64,000 nucleotides of DNA from Camelus ferus (taxonomy: Eukaryota): assembly GCF_009834535.1 (NCBI RefSeq), contig NC_045699.1, forward strand, positions 74,648,001-74,712,000. Direction: 5' to 3'. Position numbers and translations under genes: made by a program. The notes under the pieces were generated by a model that was not told where the DNA came from, ran no database searches, and saw nothing but the letters and a program-made list of their open reading frames with translations. Position 1 is the stretch's first letter. Each line of letters opens with the position of its first letter. This document shows positions 10,976 to 21,460 of the stretch, in pieces.

Positions 10976-10981
10976 TTTATA
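10976..10981 (-). promoter_or_regulatory. LCN8 TATA box
   Basis: CAATATAAACCC on the minus strand 46 nt upstream of the ATG. Confidence 0.75.
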
Positions 10982-12014
10982 TTGAGAGGGAGAGTTGGCG
11001 TGTTGCACAATGCCCTGAGAGTGTCCTCAGCAAACTTGGCCTCCGACCACACAGGGGGCGAGCATCCTGGCCCCGGATACCCACAGCCTCGGAGTGGGGG
11101 GTGTGGTCTGGACCAGAGCAGCCGGCATCACCACCTTCCTGGCCTGGAGACAATGGTGGACAGTGCAGCCTAAGAGCAGGACCAGGCCGCCCACACCCAC
11201 ACGGCAGCACAGGACCACATCTCCAACCCGAGGAGGGGCTGCAGAACTTGGGTGAGAAGGATGTTCCTTGCAGAGGGAGCAGCGTGTGAAAGGCACAGCG
11301 GCCTGGTGGGAGCGCAGGGCCCACAGGAGGCAGCGGTGGGGTCGAGCCAGTCCTCTGCAGGCACCAGGGGACTGCCAGCTGTTCCGTCTCCTTCCTGCAC
11401 CTGCGTCCTCTCCCACTGTGATGGTAGCCACCCTCCCCGTGCCAAGCCCCACAGTGCACAGTGAGATGAGGCCCACAGCCCAGAAGGCCCTGCCTTGCTC
11501 GCGCTCCAGGGGCGGGGGGCCACCAGCATCCCCTCTTCCCATCCGGGCTCCGGACCCCCACCCCTACCGAGCTTTTGATCCCAGACTCAGAACCAGAGGA
11601 TGAGCAGGTCGAGGTGAAGCTGGAGTCAGTTTTCCTGGGCACAAGCCCCGGCGCTTCTACAGCGTAGCCCAGGCGAGCTGCCCTGCCTCAGCTTCCCTGT
11701 CGCTAACGGTCATGAGGCAGACTGGCAGGTGCCAGGTGGCCAAGAGGGGCCCAAGGCAACTCCTACCCAGATCAGCATCCCTGGTCCTTGGCCGGCAGGG
11801 GGAAGCCTTCCACCTTCAAGGCCAGAAAAGCCCACCCTGCGATGGCTCCATGCTTGGTCAGCTAAAGGGGACCGGCCACCTTGATCTGGATGTAAGACTG
11901 CCTTCCAACAAAGGCCGTCAGGTTGGGGTCAAGCGAGGATAGGGCAGCCCAGAGACCAAGGGGACCATTCAAAGGGCAGGAGCAGTAGGGAGCCCCAGGG
12001 AGGCTGAGCACTGG

Positions 12015-12181
12015 CTGACCCCAGCCCCAGTCTGACCCCAGCCCCAGTCTGACCCCAGAACCAGTCTGACCCCAGCCCCTGTCTGACCCCAGCCCCCGTA
12101 AGACCCCAGCCCCCATCTGACCCCAGCCCCTGTCTGACCCCAGCCCCCATCTGACCCTGGAACCAGTCTGACCCCAGCCCT
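12015..12181. repeat. 17-bp minisatellite (CTGACCCCAGCCCCAGT), about 10 copies
   Basis: Units start at 12015, 12032, 12049, 12066, 12083, 12100, 12117, 12134, 12151 and 12168. Confidence 0.92.
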
Positions 12182-12646
12182 GGGCTGATGGGCCAGGGCT
12201 CCCCAGGGACAGGAGAGGGAGGGCAGGAAGCGTGGGGGGACACCCCGTGTCTGGGGTGACCAGGGCCAGGATGAGGACACACGAACTCAGGGCTAGTGGC
12301 TCCTGGCTCCGGCCCTGCCAGGGCTGCAGGACATCCATGAGTGATGAAGCAGGACCTCCAGCACCTTCCTGCCCCGCCCCACCCCACGCTTGGCCCTTTG
12401 AAGTATGTATGCTGGACAGAACCTGGATGCTCAGAGGTCTACCAGGCGTGGCGCCAGGGACCAGAGGAGCCACCAGAGCAGTGGGCCCCAGGGGAGGGCT
12501 CTTCCGGCCCACACCTCATCAAGGGTCCGCACAGAGCCCAGACCCTGGAGTCTGACTCCCAGGCCTGAACCCCAGCCCAGCCCCTCACTGGGCAAGTTCA
12601 AGGTCAAGGCGACACTGGTAGTAACAGGGAAACCTCAAGAAGCCCT

Positions 12647-12763
12647 ACCCAGCAGGGCCCCTGCCGCTCTGCCTCCGGCCCCCATGGCCGGGCTCTGTGC
12701 ACCCAGCAGCCCCCCTGCCGCTCTGCCTCCGGCCCCCATGGCCAGGCTCTGTGCACCCAGCAG
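12647..12763. repeat. 54-bp tandem duplication (about 2.2 copies)
   Basis: ACCCAGCAG...CCTGCCGCTCTGCCTCCGGCCCCCATGGCC(G/A)GGCTCTGTGC starts at 12647 and 12701, with a partial third copy at 12755. Confidence 0.85.
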
Positions 12764-13029
12764 AGCACCAGCAGGGGGCAGGTCTCCACGGGGCACCTCG
12801 GTATCCTCACAGGTGCTGTGAACCCCTGGGGGCGGGGCTGATGGGCACCCGACAGTCTGTGGGTACAGCCCTCACAGACGGCACACTTGGTGGAGGCCTC
12901 CTGCCCCCCGAGAAGCCAGAGTCCTGTCCTCAGCTCCTGAGCCTCTCACCTCAGTGTCTCCCCAGGAGCCCGGGTCAAGGCGGGGCCCACTGTGCCCCCC
13001 GAGGGCCACTCCAAAGAGGCGGGGAGTCT

Positions 13030-13180
13030 CGAAACTGCAGATTCTGTTTATTGGGTAGAAGGGGGAGCCCTAAGGAGATGTCCCATGGAGAATGGGGGTC
13101 GGGGAGGTACAGGGCCAGGAGGGTCGTGAGTCTGGACAACTCGGGAGTTGGGGCGCCAAGGCCTGCTGCTCCAGCTCAAC
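13030..13180 (-). other. LCN15: LCN15 terminal non-coding exon 7 with poly(A) signal
   Basis: Strong acceptor CCTTTCCTGTCTGTGCAG at 13182-13181 and AATAAA at 13052-13047. It pairs with the GTGAG donor at 14647 after the stop-containing exon. The 3' end position is approximate. Confidence 0.75.
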
Positions 13181-14053
13181 CTGCACAGACAGGAAAGGTG
13201 TGTTCACTTCTCAGACACACTTGCTGCAGCAGGGTGTCCCACCCCACTTACTCATCGCCCAGAAGGCCAGTCCCAGCACCAGCGCTGCCCTTTCCCTGGG
13301 GTCCTGGGACCCCAAACACACTTCCCAGGGCCTCGTTCACCCCCAGCTGGTGGTGAGGGGGCTGGCGTGGAGGGAAAGCCCCAGCAGAGCCACTAAACCA
13401 CGACAAAACCCACAGACTCAGCACCTGACGGGGGGCACCTGTCTCCCAAAGTTGCTTTTTCTTTTTTAAGCTAAGCCTGAGGGGTGGGGCCCAGAGCAGG
13501 AAGACAGGGCTCCCACTCTCCACAGTTAGAACCTTCCTGGGGACGACGGGACACGATCCCCGAGCCCCTCCCCTCCCACCCGTGAGGTCTCTAAAACAAG
13601 CACACAATTGGCAGGAGACAGTGCCGGGGTCCGGGCACCATCGCGGACGCCCATGAGCAGCTGCGGCAGCCCCCGGGTCCCAGCACAGCGCGGGGCACAC
13701 CCAGGCCAGCCAGGGAAGGCTGAGGGACGCCACCTGCCGGCCACGCGGGAAGCCCCACGGAGCAAACACCCAACCAGACACACGTGACCATCACATGGTG
13801 TCTGTTATTTATCCATTTATGTAGGTTCCCAAGTTCTTCACGATGAACTTGGGTGATGGTTTTCTGGTGTCTACTTTGGGTAAATGTGTCCCACCCAAGA
13901 GCCCACCTGCATCCGTGTCCCAAGGGCTCCCGGGGACCCAGCCCTGTGACAGCAGCAAACAAGAAGAAGGCGGTTCCCACCTCATGGGACCCTGAGGGAG
14001 AGGATGAGCACCCAGGGATCCCCAGGCCAGGCCTCGTGCCCAGGGACACAGAA

Positions 14054-14450
14054 TGTACAGGATTGGATGTGTCCCCAAAATTCAAGTCCACTTGGAACTC
14101 TGAATATGACCTTATTTGGAAACAGGGGTTTTTGCAAAGATGTAATTAGTTAAGGATCTCGAGATGAGGTACCCCTGGATTTAGGGTGGGCCCCACACCC
14201 AAAGACTGGTGTCCTTATAAGAGGGAAACCCGGCTGTGTGGCAGTGGAGGTGGAGATAGGGGGCGCCCACAGGCCTAGGATCACCAGCACCAGAAGCTGG
14301 AGGAGGCATGGATGCTCCCCTGCGGACTCCAGAAGGAACCAGGCTGCCCACCCTTGACTTTGGACCTCTGGCCTCCAGACTGTGAGAGTAAACTTCTGCT
14401 GTGTTAAGACCCCAGTTTGTGATCATTTGTTATGCAGCCTTAGGTAATCA
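14054..14450 (+). mobile_element. MLT1 LTR in LCN15 intron 6
   Basis: TGT...GATGTGTCCCCAAAATTC...GAATATGACCTTATTTGGAAACAGGG...GGTGTCCTTATAAGAG...GGCCTCCAGACTGTGAGAGTAAACTTCTGCTG...TTTGTTATGCAGCC, typical MLT1 layout. Confidence 0.85.
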
Positions 14451-14679
14451 GGAGAGGCTCCCTGGAAGAGGTGATGTGCGAGGTGAGGCCTGAAGCACAA
14501 AAGTGAGTGTCCAAGCAGAACCATGGATGCTAGGGGGTGGGGATCTGCACCTGCAGACCTCGGGAGGTGAGAGGGCAGGGGACGTGGTGAGAAGCAGGCC
14601 AAGAGGCGCCCTGGAGAACCAGAGGGAGGAATGACCCTGTCCCTCACCTGGGAAGAGCCAAGGTGGGTCTCCAGCAATG

Positions 14680-16992
14680 TCATGGTGCATCCTTGCCCCC
14701 GGGGGAGCACGCATCTGTAGAAAGATAGGTGGTCCGTGAGAGGCTGAGCTTGCTGGGACTGCCCACCGCTTCCTACCATCCCCAGCCCCCCAGAGGGTGG
14801 GGCTGAAAAATTCTCCCGCCCTGGCTGCCCAAAACCTGTCCCTTTTGTGTGATGAGGGGAAGAGAGGGGTGTGAAGAAAAGTAGCTGGGGGGACCGCCAA
14901 CCCACCCTCAGAAGAGAAAACCATCTGGTGCCTCCCCTTCCCAGAACTAGGGGGGGGGAGCTGAGGCGGGGCTTGGCAGAGGGCGGGGGAGGTGGGCGTG
15001 GCTTTGGGCAGAGGGCGGGGTGGTGGGCGTGGTGTGGCAGAGGGGTGTGGCTGGATGGGCGGGCCTTGACTGAGGTGTGGGTGGGTGGGCGGGGCTTGGC
15101 AGGGTACCTGACTTGGGCAGCGTGACCCTCATGGCATCGGGGAGCCCCACGGTCAGGTAGAAGTCCTGGAAGGCCTTCATGGCCTGGGGACTCGCTTCCT
15201 GGGTCCGGCCTGGGGCGGTGCAGGGGCCCCTGTGAATCCCCGTGGCTCACAGAGGTGAGAGAGAAAAGGGGCTGGGGGTCTCCCGGCCTCACTACACTTT
15301 CTTAAAGGCTGACAACAGGTCTGCCACCCGCAGTTGGGCAGGTTGAGGACTGCATGAAAGTGTCCGCCGGGCTGAGGCACCAGTGGGGGCTGGAAGCTGC
15401 CCAGTGGGGCCCCTTTTGTAATTCATGCAAGGGCATCTGGGAGGTTGGGGTGGCCCAGATGGCCTCTGGGACCATGTTTCCCGGGGCCCCACCCCCTTCA
15501 GGCATCATTACCTGCAGCTCCTAAAGCCAGCCTCCAGCTTTCACCCCAGCCTCTCCCCTTGCGGACCACTTTCCAGCTCACCTGGCCAAGCCCCCCAGAA
15601 ATTAAAGCAAAACAGGACCTCAGCCCCAGCTCAGGGTGTCAGACAGTAAGTCGGGCAGGGGAGGGTGGGTTCCCAGCCAGAGAGGGGTATGAGCTTTGGC
15701 CTGAGTGCCCAGCCTTCAGAGGCACCTCCCGTCAACCCCTACCCACCCAAAGCACTTTGGGGTCCCGCCACCCTGTCCCAGACCTGGTCTCTGCGGGGCC
15801 CAGACTTGGGAGTGTGTGATGAGGCGGGGCAGGGGAGGAGGTGGGGGCAGGTCCTGAAGGTGAGGCCCTGGTAGGGGGTGATGGGGGCTCCATGGGGATG
15901 GTGGGCAGCTGGGGATCCTCACTGTAGAGCTGCACCATGGTGCTGAAGGCCCCCTCCAGCTCCTTGTAGATGTAGACCACAGCGAAGGAGCTGTAGTCCA
16001 TCTCCACGATGCGCACATCCAGGTAGCCCAAAGCTGCAGAGGAGGTGCTGGTCATGGAGAAGGGCAAGGGGCCAACCCTGACCCACACCAGCCTCTGCTT
16101 CAGGGAGGGAATGAGGAAGGGGAGGGGCAGGAGATGGAGGGGTTTTGTGGGAGGGTCCCGGGCAAAAGGACAGTCCTGTGTCGCCCCCAGGAGAAGGGGA
16201 TGCAGGGAACATACCCGGGACTCGGAAGTGCCCTTGGGAGCCTGTCCTCAGGTACTCAGCATCCACCTGGTTACAGCCATCAGCCCTGGGGGCGCACAGC
16301 CCATGCTCACTCTCGGCCCCGCCCACCCCACCCACCCTGGCTGCGGCCGCACCCAGAGGGCTCACCCGGGGAACTCCATGTGGACGCTGAGGTTGCCCTC
16401 CTCTGTGGCGTTGATCTCCCTGGTGGACATCAGCAGGTGGTCCTTCTTGCCCCAGAAGACCTTGCAGTCAGAGACCATGGAGACCACATACCAGAGGCCT
16501 GAGAACTGCAGGACAGCTCGGTGACAGGCAGGCTGGACCCTCCTGGCCCCGGGACCCTGGGGCACAATGCCAGGTGGCCGGGGGTCTCCAGAGTGTCCAT
16601 CTCTTGGGTCTGAGCCCCTGTTCTACCACTCGCCTGGGACAGGTCCCATGGCCATTGTGAGCTTCAGTTGTGCCAACTGGGAAGTGGGTCAGTAATCACA
16701 GACCAGGTTGTTTCAGGATTAAGTGGAGAGGGAATCTAAAGGGCTTCCTGGCCCCAGGCACAGAGCAAGTGCTCCGAGGAGGCAGCAGCTACTATCGCCA
16801 TGTGGTCACTGTTGTCTCCAGCAGAGACTTAGCCCACACCCCACCCACGGCACAGCACGGGGCCTCCAGTACCTTTTTGGCATCAAAATCTGGCTGCAGC
16901 AGGACCTCGGCCTGAGCAGCAGACACCTGGAGCAGCGCCAGGACACAACTCAGCAGAGCAGCCCTCATCCACATGCCCATCCTCTGGCCCAT
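14680..16992 (-). CDS. LCN15: Lipocalin 15, complete, 192 aa from the first ATG
   Basis: Exons 16992-16873, 16505-16366, 16285-16215, 16033-15923, 15209-15108, 14714-14680 total 579 nt, all GT-AG. Translation includes AQAEVLLQPDFDAKK|FSGLWYVVSMVSDCK...MEFPG|ADGCNQVDAEY...|ALGYLDVRIVEMDYSSFAVVYIYKELEGAFSTMVQLYS|RTQEASPQAMKAFQDFY...|DACSPGGKDAP*. Matches recalled human LCN15. In-frame ATGs also at 16980, 16974 and 16968. Confidence 0.95.
16610..16770. mobile_element. MIR fragment in LCN15 intron 1
   Basis: CTTCAGTTGTGCCAACTGGGAAGTGGG...GGTTGTTTCAGGATTAAGTGGAG...CCAGGCACAGAGCAAGTGCTC resembles the degraded MIR core. Confidence 0.55.
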
Positions 16993-17026
16993 GGTCCCGA
17001 GTCCACGCGAACCCCGCCGACCTGGC

Positions 17027-17032
17027 TTTATA
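17027..17032 (-). promoter_or_regulatory. LCN15 TATA box
   Basis: CTATAAAG on the minus strand 35 nt upstream of the first ATG (16992, context ACCATGG). Confidence 0.75.
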
Positions 17033-17869
17033 GCACCGCCCTCCAGCTGGGCTCAGCCACGAGCAGGCTGGGGCGCGGAAGGCACCTTGGCTCCACCAAC
17101 CCCAGCGCCTCTTTGTCCATTGTTTGGCACAATCGCTCAAGTGTCTCCACAGGCCCCAGGGGTCACTTCCTGGAGGGCTCTCACCTGACTCACACTGTGC
17201 GCACCTCCGTCCACCTGCAGCCTGGCTGAGGCGGGGCCCCGGGGCCCTCGGGGTGCTGCTGGGAAGCAGTCCCCCAGAGCCCCGCCCCTCACCTCCCTAC
17301 ACAGGAGTGGACCCACCATTGGCCAGGCCTCTGGACCTTGTCTCAGGGCAGAGCCTGGGCCAATTCAGTTGTGACAGAGGTGATGTCAGAGACCTGGGCA
17401 TCCTACACTGCAGACCCCCGGCTGGGCCTCCCACAAGCCCACATGGAGGGTGGGGCCAGGCTGCCACTCAGGGCAGATTATGGTCTCGTGGCCACCTTAT
17501 CACTGGTTGCATAAGCGTGTGGGCCAGAGTGTTGCCAGGGAGGCGCCAAGGGCTGGTGGAGGCTCAGGCTGGCAAGACCTCTCCAGGTGACCTCTCCTGT
17601 CCACTCCAACAGGGCACCACAGGGACACTATCTGTGGAGCAGTGTGTGACCTCGGGGCACACTCCAGGCAGAGGTGGGGGTCCCCAGCCCCAAGGCCAGC
17701 TCTGGGCTCTGGTGTGGAAGTGGGCACAGGGTCAGAGGAAGACTCCAACCCCAGAGGGCGGGGCAGAGCTGAGGGCGCCCGCCTGCCGCCTCCACTCGGT
17801 CTTGGGAGGCGCCAGCTCTCAACCAGGTCCCCGAGTCATTGGATAGAATGCCACGAAAGCCTTTTGATG

Positions 17870-18690
17870 AGAACATTTACAAACTGCACATTTGATAAAG
17901 GACTTAAGCCCTCAATCTATAGAGAACTCTCATGACACAATAAAAAAAAAAACACTAAAAAAAAAACAGGCTAAAGATTTGAAAAGATTTGCAGGTGGAA
18001 AATAAACTCATGCAGAGAGAGAGGCTCGCAGGCATTGCGGGGAAACGCAGACTGAAACTGCGCCGAGATGTCACTGCACACCAGCAGGACGGGGACTCCA
18101 TTTCTAACCCGAGACTGTCCCTGCCAGGGTGGGGAGAACCCCGCCAAATGGTCCGACAGGTTCCTATGAAGGCAAACACTTACCACATGGCTGGACTGTC
18201 ACACACCCAGGAACTTACCCGGGAGAAATGAAACATACACTGACCCGCCTGTGGCTGGTCCGGGGACCTTCCTGACAATCCCTGAGAAACGGAAATGACC
18301 AAATGCCGTTCAGGAGGGGACGGATGAACCACTCAGTGCTCCCCGTGTGATGAGACCTTCTGAAAGGCGAAAACACCGACTCGCACGTCACAACTCGGAT
18401 GGCACCCCAAATGCGTTACACTGAGTGAGAGAAGCCGGTCTGTAAGGCCTGCAGACTTGGTTCCTTTCCTTGGGTGTTCCAGAACAGGCAAACCCGCGGG
18501 GACGGAGAGCTGTCCCACATTGCCTGGGACGTGGAGGGAGGGGCTGAGGACAAATTGGCCCGTGGAGACTTCTGGGGTGATGGACTGTGCCAGTTACAGG
18601 ACTGTCTGTGCTCATCTAAACTTTGATGTGCGGATCCGCACATCAAAGAGGGTGAATGCTACTGTATGTAAACTATGCCCCAATTTTTTA
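17870..18690 (+). mobile_element. Decayed old L1 (end of ORF2 and 3' UTR, L1M-type)
   Basis: TTTGATAAAGGACTT...AGAGAACTCTC...GAGAAATGAAACATA...ACTGAGTGAGAGAAGCCGGTC...GGGTGAATGCTACTGTATGTAAACTATGCCCCAAT are hallmark L1M 3' segments. Confidence 0.7.
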
Positions 18691-20553
18691 AAAGTGTATG
18701 TATAGCTACAATATATGTGTTTACATACACTATATAAACTCTTTCCCCATGTGCCACCTCTTGGGATGAGGGACAGGGAGGCCAAAAGGACCACCAAGTC
18801 CACAGGCGACACACCCAAGGCTCCCAGGGAAGAGTGGGGCAGAGTGCGGTGCAGGACAGAGACTGGACCTCCAACCACAGGATTACTGGGAGAGAGCAAG
18901 CAAAGGCCAAGGGATGGGTCACCGTGGCCTGCAGATCCCCTGAGGATCCTCAGAGGTGCGGGGCAGCACCTACCTTGCAGAGAACACACCCAACACCAGA
19001 ATTTGCCCAGCCTTGGTCAGGGGACTCTCCACCAGAAGTCTGGGGTGTCTGACCATCTCCTGGCCTCCCACTCCCCCCTCATCCCCCAAATCCACTCTCC
19101 ACGCAGTGACCCACACAAACCTTGTACAGCATAAATCTTCCACGCCCCGATTGAAATCCTCCTGTGTCATCGTGGCACCCAGCGCAAACCTGCACCAGAC
19201 CACCACGTGCATCAGCCAGGCCTCCGGCCTGCACCCTCCGGCCCAGCAGCCCTCCAGGTCCCTCCCAGCACCCCCACTGGAGCTGCCTGCTCCCTGGGCT
19301 CCGTCTCGCCTCGGCCTCCCCCAAGCAACGTCCCCCAAACCCCCGTCTTCTGTCTCCTGGCCGCTTTAGCGTAATCCAAACGCTCTCCCGTGTCTGTTGT
19401 CTGCTCTGCCCGCATGCACTGCACACTCCGTGACAGCAGGAGCTGGACCAGCCTGTTGCTGGCCTATTGGCATCTGTTCCCCTGGCCCAGAGAGGGGGCC
19501 TGGCATTGGAGGGGCTCGTTAATATCTGGGAATGAAGTCGCTTTAACCAGCAGGTCTACTAAACTGGGACCTTCCCAGCACATCACCACATTTGCTTCAA
19601 AGAAGAGGCTTCCCTCTTCCATAGGGGTTTGGGGAACGTCTTCCCATGAAAGAGAGAAGCAACAGTGACAAAAGGGCGTTCAGGCCTGGTCCAGACACCT
19701 CAGGAGGGAAAGCGGTCTGGCCAGATGTCCTCTGCTCCAGTTCCGGGAAATCTTAAGCTGATAAACAGCGGTCTGTAGATGGTTTACATGAGAAGCCAAA
19801 TACTATTATTATCTAAGCATCAGCCAAAGGTGGGAAGTTACAGCCAGTCAGTCCCAATGCTCCCGCACTCAGACAGCACGGGGCCCCAGTAGGTGTCTCA
19901 GCCGGTTTCTCCCAGTGACGTCAGCAGTAAACAGCTCCTTAAGCCACTTGGTGGTGATACTTTGAAAGACACCCACTCCAACAAGTAGCGCCCCTCTTTC
20001 ACTTCGGGTTCAAGGGAACCAGTCGCACCACGCCGCAGCACCAACAGTGACTTCTGATCGCACTGCCCCTGGTGAGGTTGCCCCGCGCCTCCGGCCCACC
20101 CAGAGGGGCCCGGGATCTCTTCTCCAGCGCTCTGGGAAGGAGCAGGTGCTGGGAACGGCTGTTCCATCACCCCACGTCTCCACCCATCGCGCTGTGCCTC
20201 CCCCATCACCCCACACCTCCCCGTCAGCCCCTTGCTCCGGGAATGAACGTCCCAGCCAGCGCCCCCATTGACGGGGGGGCGTGCGTTTTACTTTAGGAGC
20301 ACCTGCACCACTTTAATTTCTGTGTGGAACATATGTTATTTTCATTAACAAGCAATAAGCAATTTTTCTTTCAGGAAAGCAATTTTAACTGCCATCCTGA
20401 CCTCCCCATTGGGCTCCAGATTCACACATCCCACTCTCCTGTCTCCAGACATCTCAGATCCAACAGAGTCCAAAGCACCTCCTGGTGCCACCCGCCAGCA
20501 CCAGCTGCCCTCCGCGCCCACTGCTGTGCCCACCTGTGCTCAGGGCGAGCACC

Positions 20554-21184
20554 TGTGTTGCTGGTGGATGCAACCGGTGTTCCAGGTTCTTGTTCCATCC
20601 CAGAAAGAATTCAGAGACAAGAAGTAGTGGTTAAAAAAGTAAAGTGAGAATTTATTAAAGGATGGACGGTACACTCTCAAGGGGAGAGGGGGCAGGCTCA
20701 GGTGAGCAGCTGCCTTGTGTTTCTCTGGCAAGTTGGTTACCCAGGGTGTAAAAATGAATGGGTGGAATATTCATTGGGGAGGGAAGGGCTTGGGGTCATA
20801 TTCCCTGATTATCATCCCAACTCCACCTTCCCAAAGAGAGAAGTGATCTTTGTCCTTATTTAGTCTGGATCAGAAGCGTCCTGGTGTCAGTGCTTGATGG
20901 GGACTTCTAATCTGCAAGGCTAACATTTTTGAAATGAGGGCATAATGAGCAAAAGGTTACATTTGGATACTGGAAGCTGCTGCCTTTTCTCACCTTTCTT
21001 TTTCGGTCTCCAGGCCACTTATCACCCGAAAAGGTGTGACCACTTATCAGCCCAGAGGTTCCTGCTTTTCTTTCTCTGCCCAGGGACCCCGGTGCTTGCA
21101 TGATGTGTGGTTCCCTGCACTTGGCCTGTGCCCCTCCTTTCTGCCCATTCCTGCCATTTGGCCTACATCCCCCTTTCTCTATCA
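20554..21184 (-). mobile_element. Probable ERV1-class solo LTR (~630 bp)
   Basis: The minus strand begins TGATAG and ends CAACA(CA). It has an internal AATAAA about 95 nt from the 3' end and a U5-like TGAATTCTTTCT...AAGAACCTGG. Flanks CACC/CATC are an imperfect 4-bp TSD. Boundaries are uncertain by 2 nt. Confidence 0.6.
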
Positions 21185-21371
21185 CATCCAGCTCTCTGCC
21201 TGCTCTAACACCTGGCGGCCAGCCTGGGGCCCCTTCCTTTCTCACCGGCACCTCTAACCCAATGCCAAGGCCTGTAAGTGCAGCCTCCACACACACGCCA
21301 ACAGCACCCCTGCACCATGACAGCACCCTGAACCCCAGCAATATCTCTGCCTGATCCATGGCTGAAACACA

Positions 21372-21460
21372 ATTTTTCCGTAACAGAGGCACGGGCGATT
21401 GAACCCAGGACCTTGTGCACATCAAGCACACACTCTACCACTGAGCTGTAGCCTGCCCCC
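21372..21460 (-). mobile_element. tRNA-derived SINE, vic-1 type (short)
   Basis: The reverse complement reads GGGGGCAGGCTACAGCTCAGTGGTAGAGTGTGTGCTTGATGTGCACAAGGTCCTGGGTTCAATCGCCCGTGCCTC. Confidence 0.8.

Noticed and set aside
11440-11510. RAFWAVGLIS / PSGLW on the minus strand resembling a lipocalin exon 2
   Set aside because: No pyrimidine-rich acceptor, no 131-140 nt exon with a donor, and the match is too short. Most likely chance within the LCN8 promoter.
12015-12181. Regularly spaced repeats as a CRISPR-like array (also 4289-4650)
   Set aside because: These are head-to-tail units without unique spacers, in a spliced mammalian locus with no cas genes.
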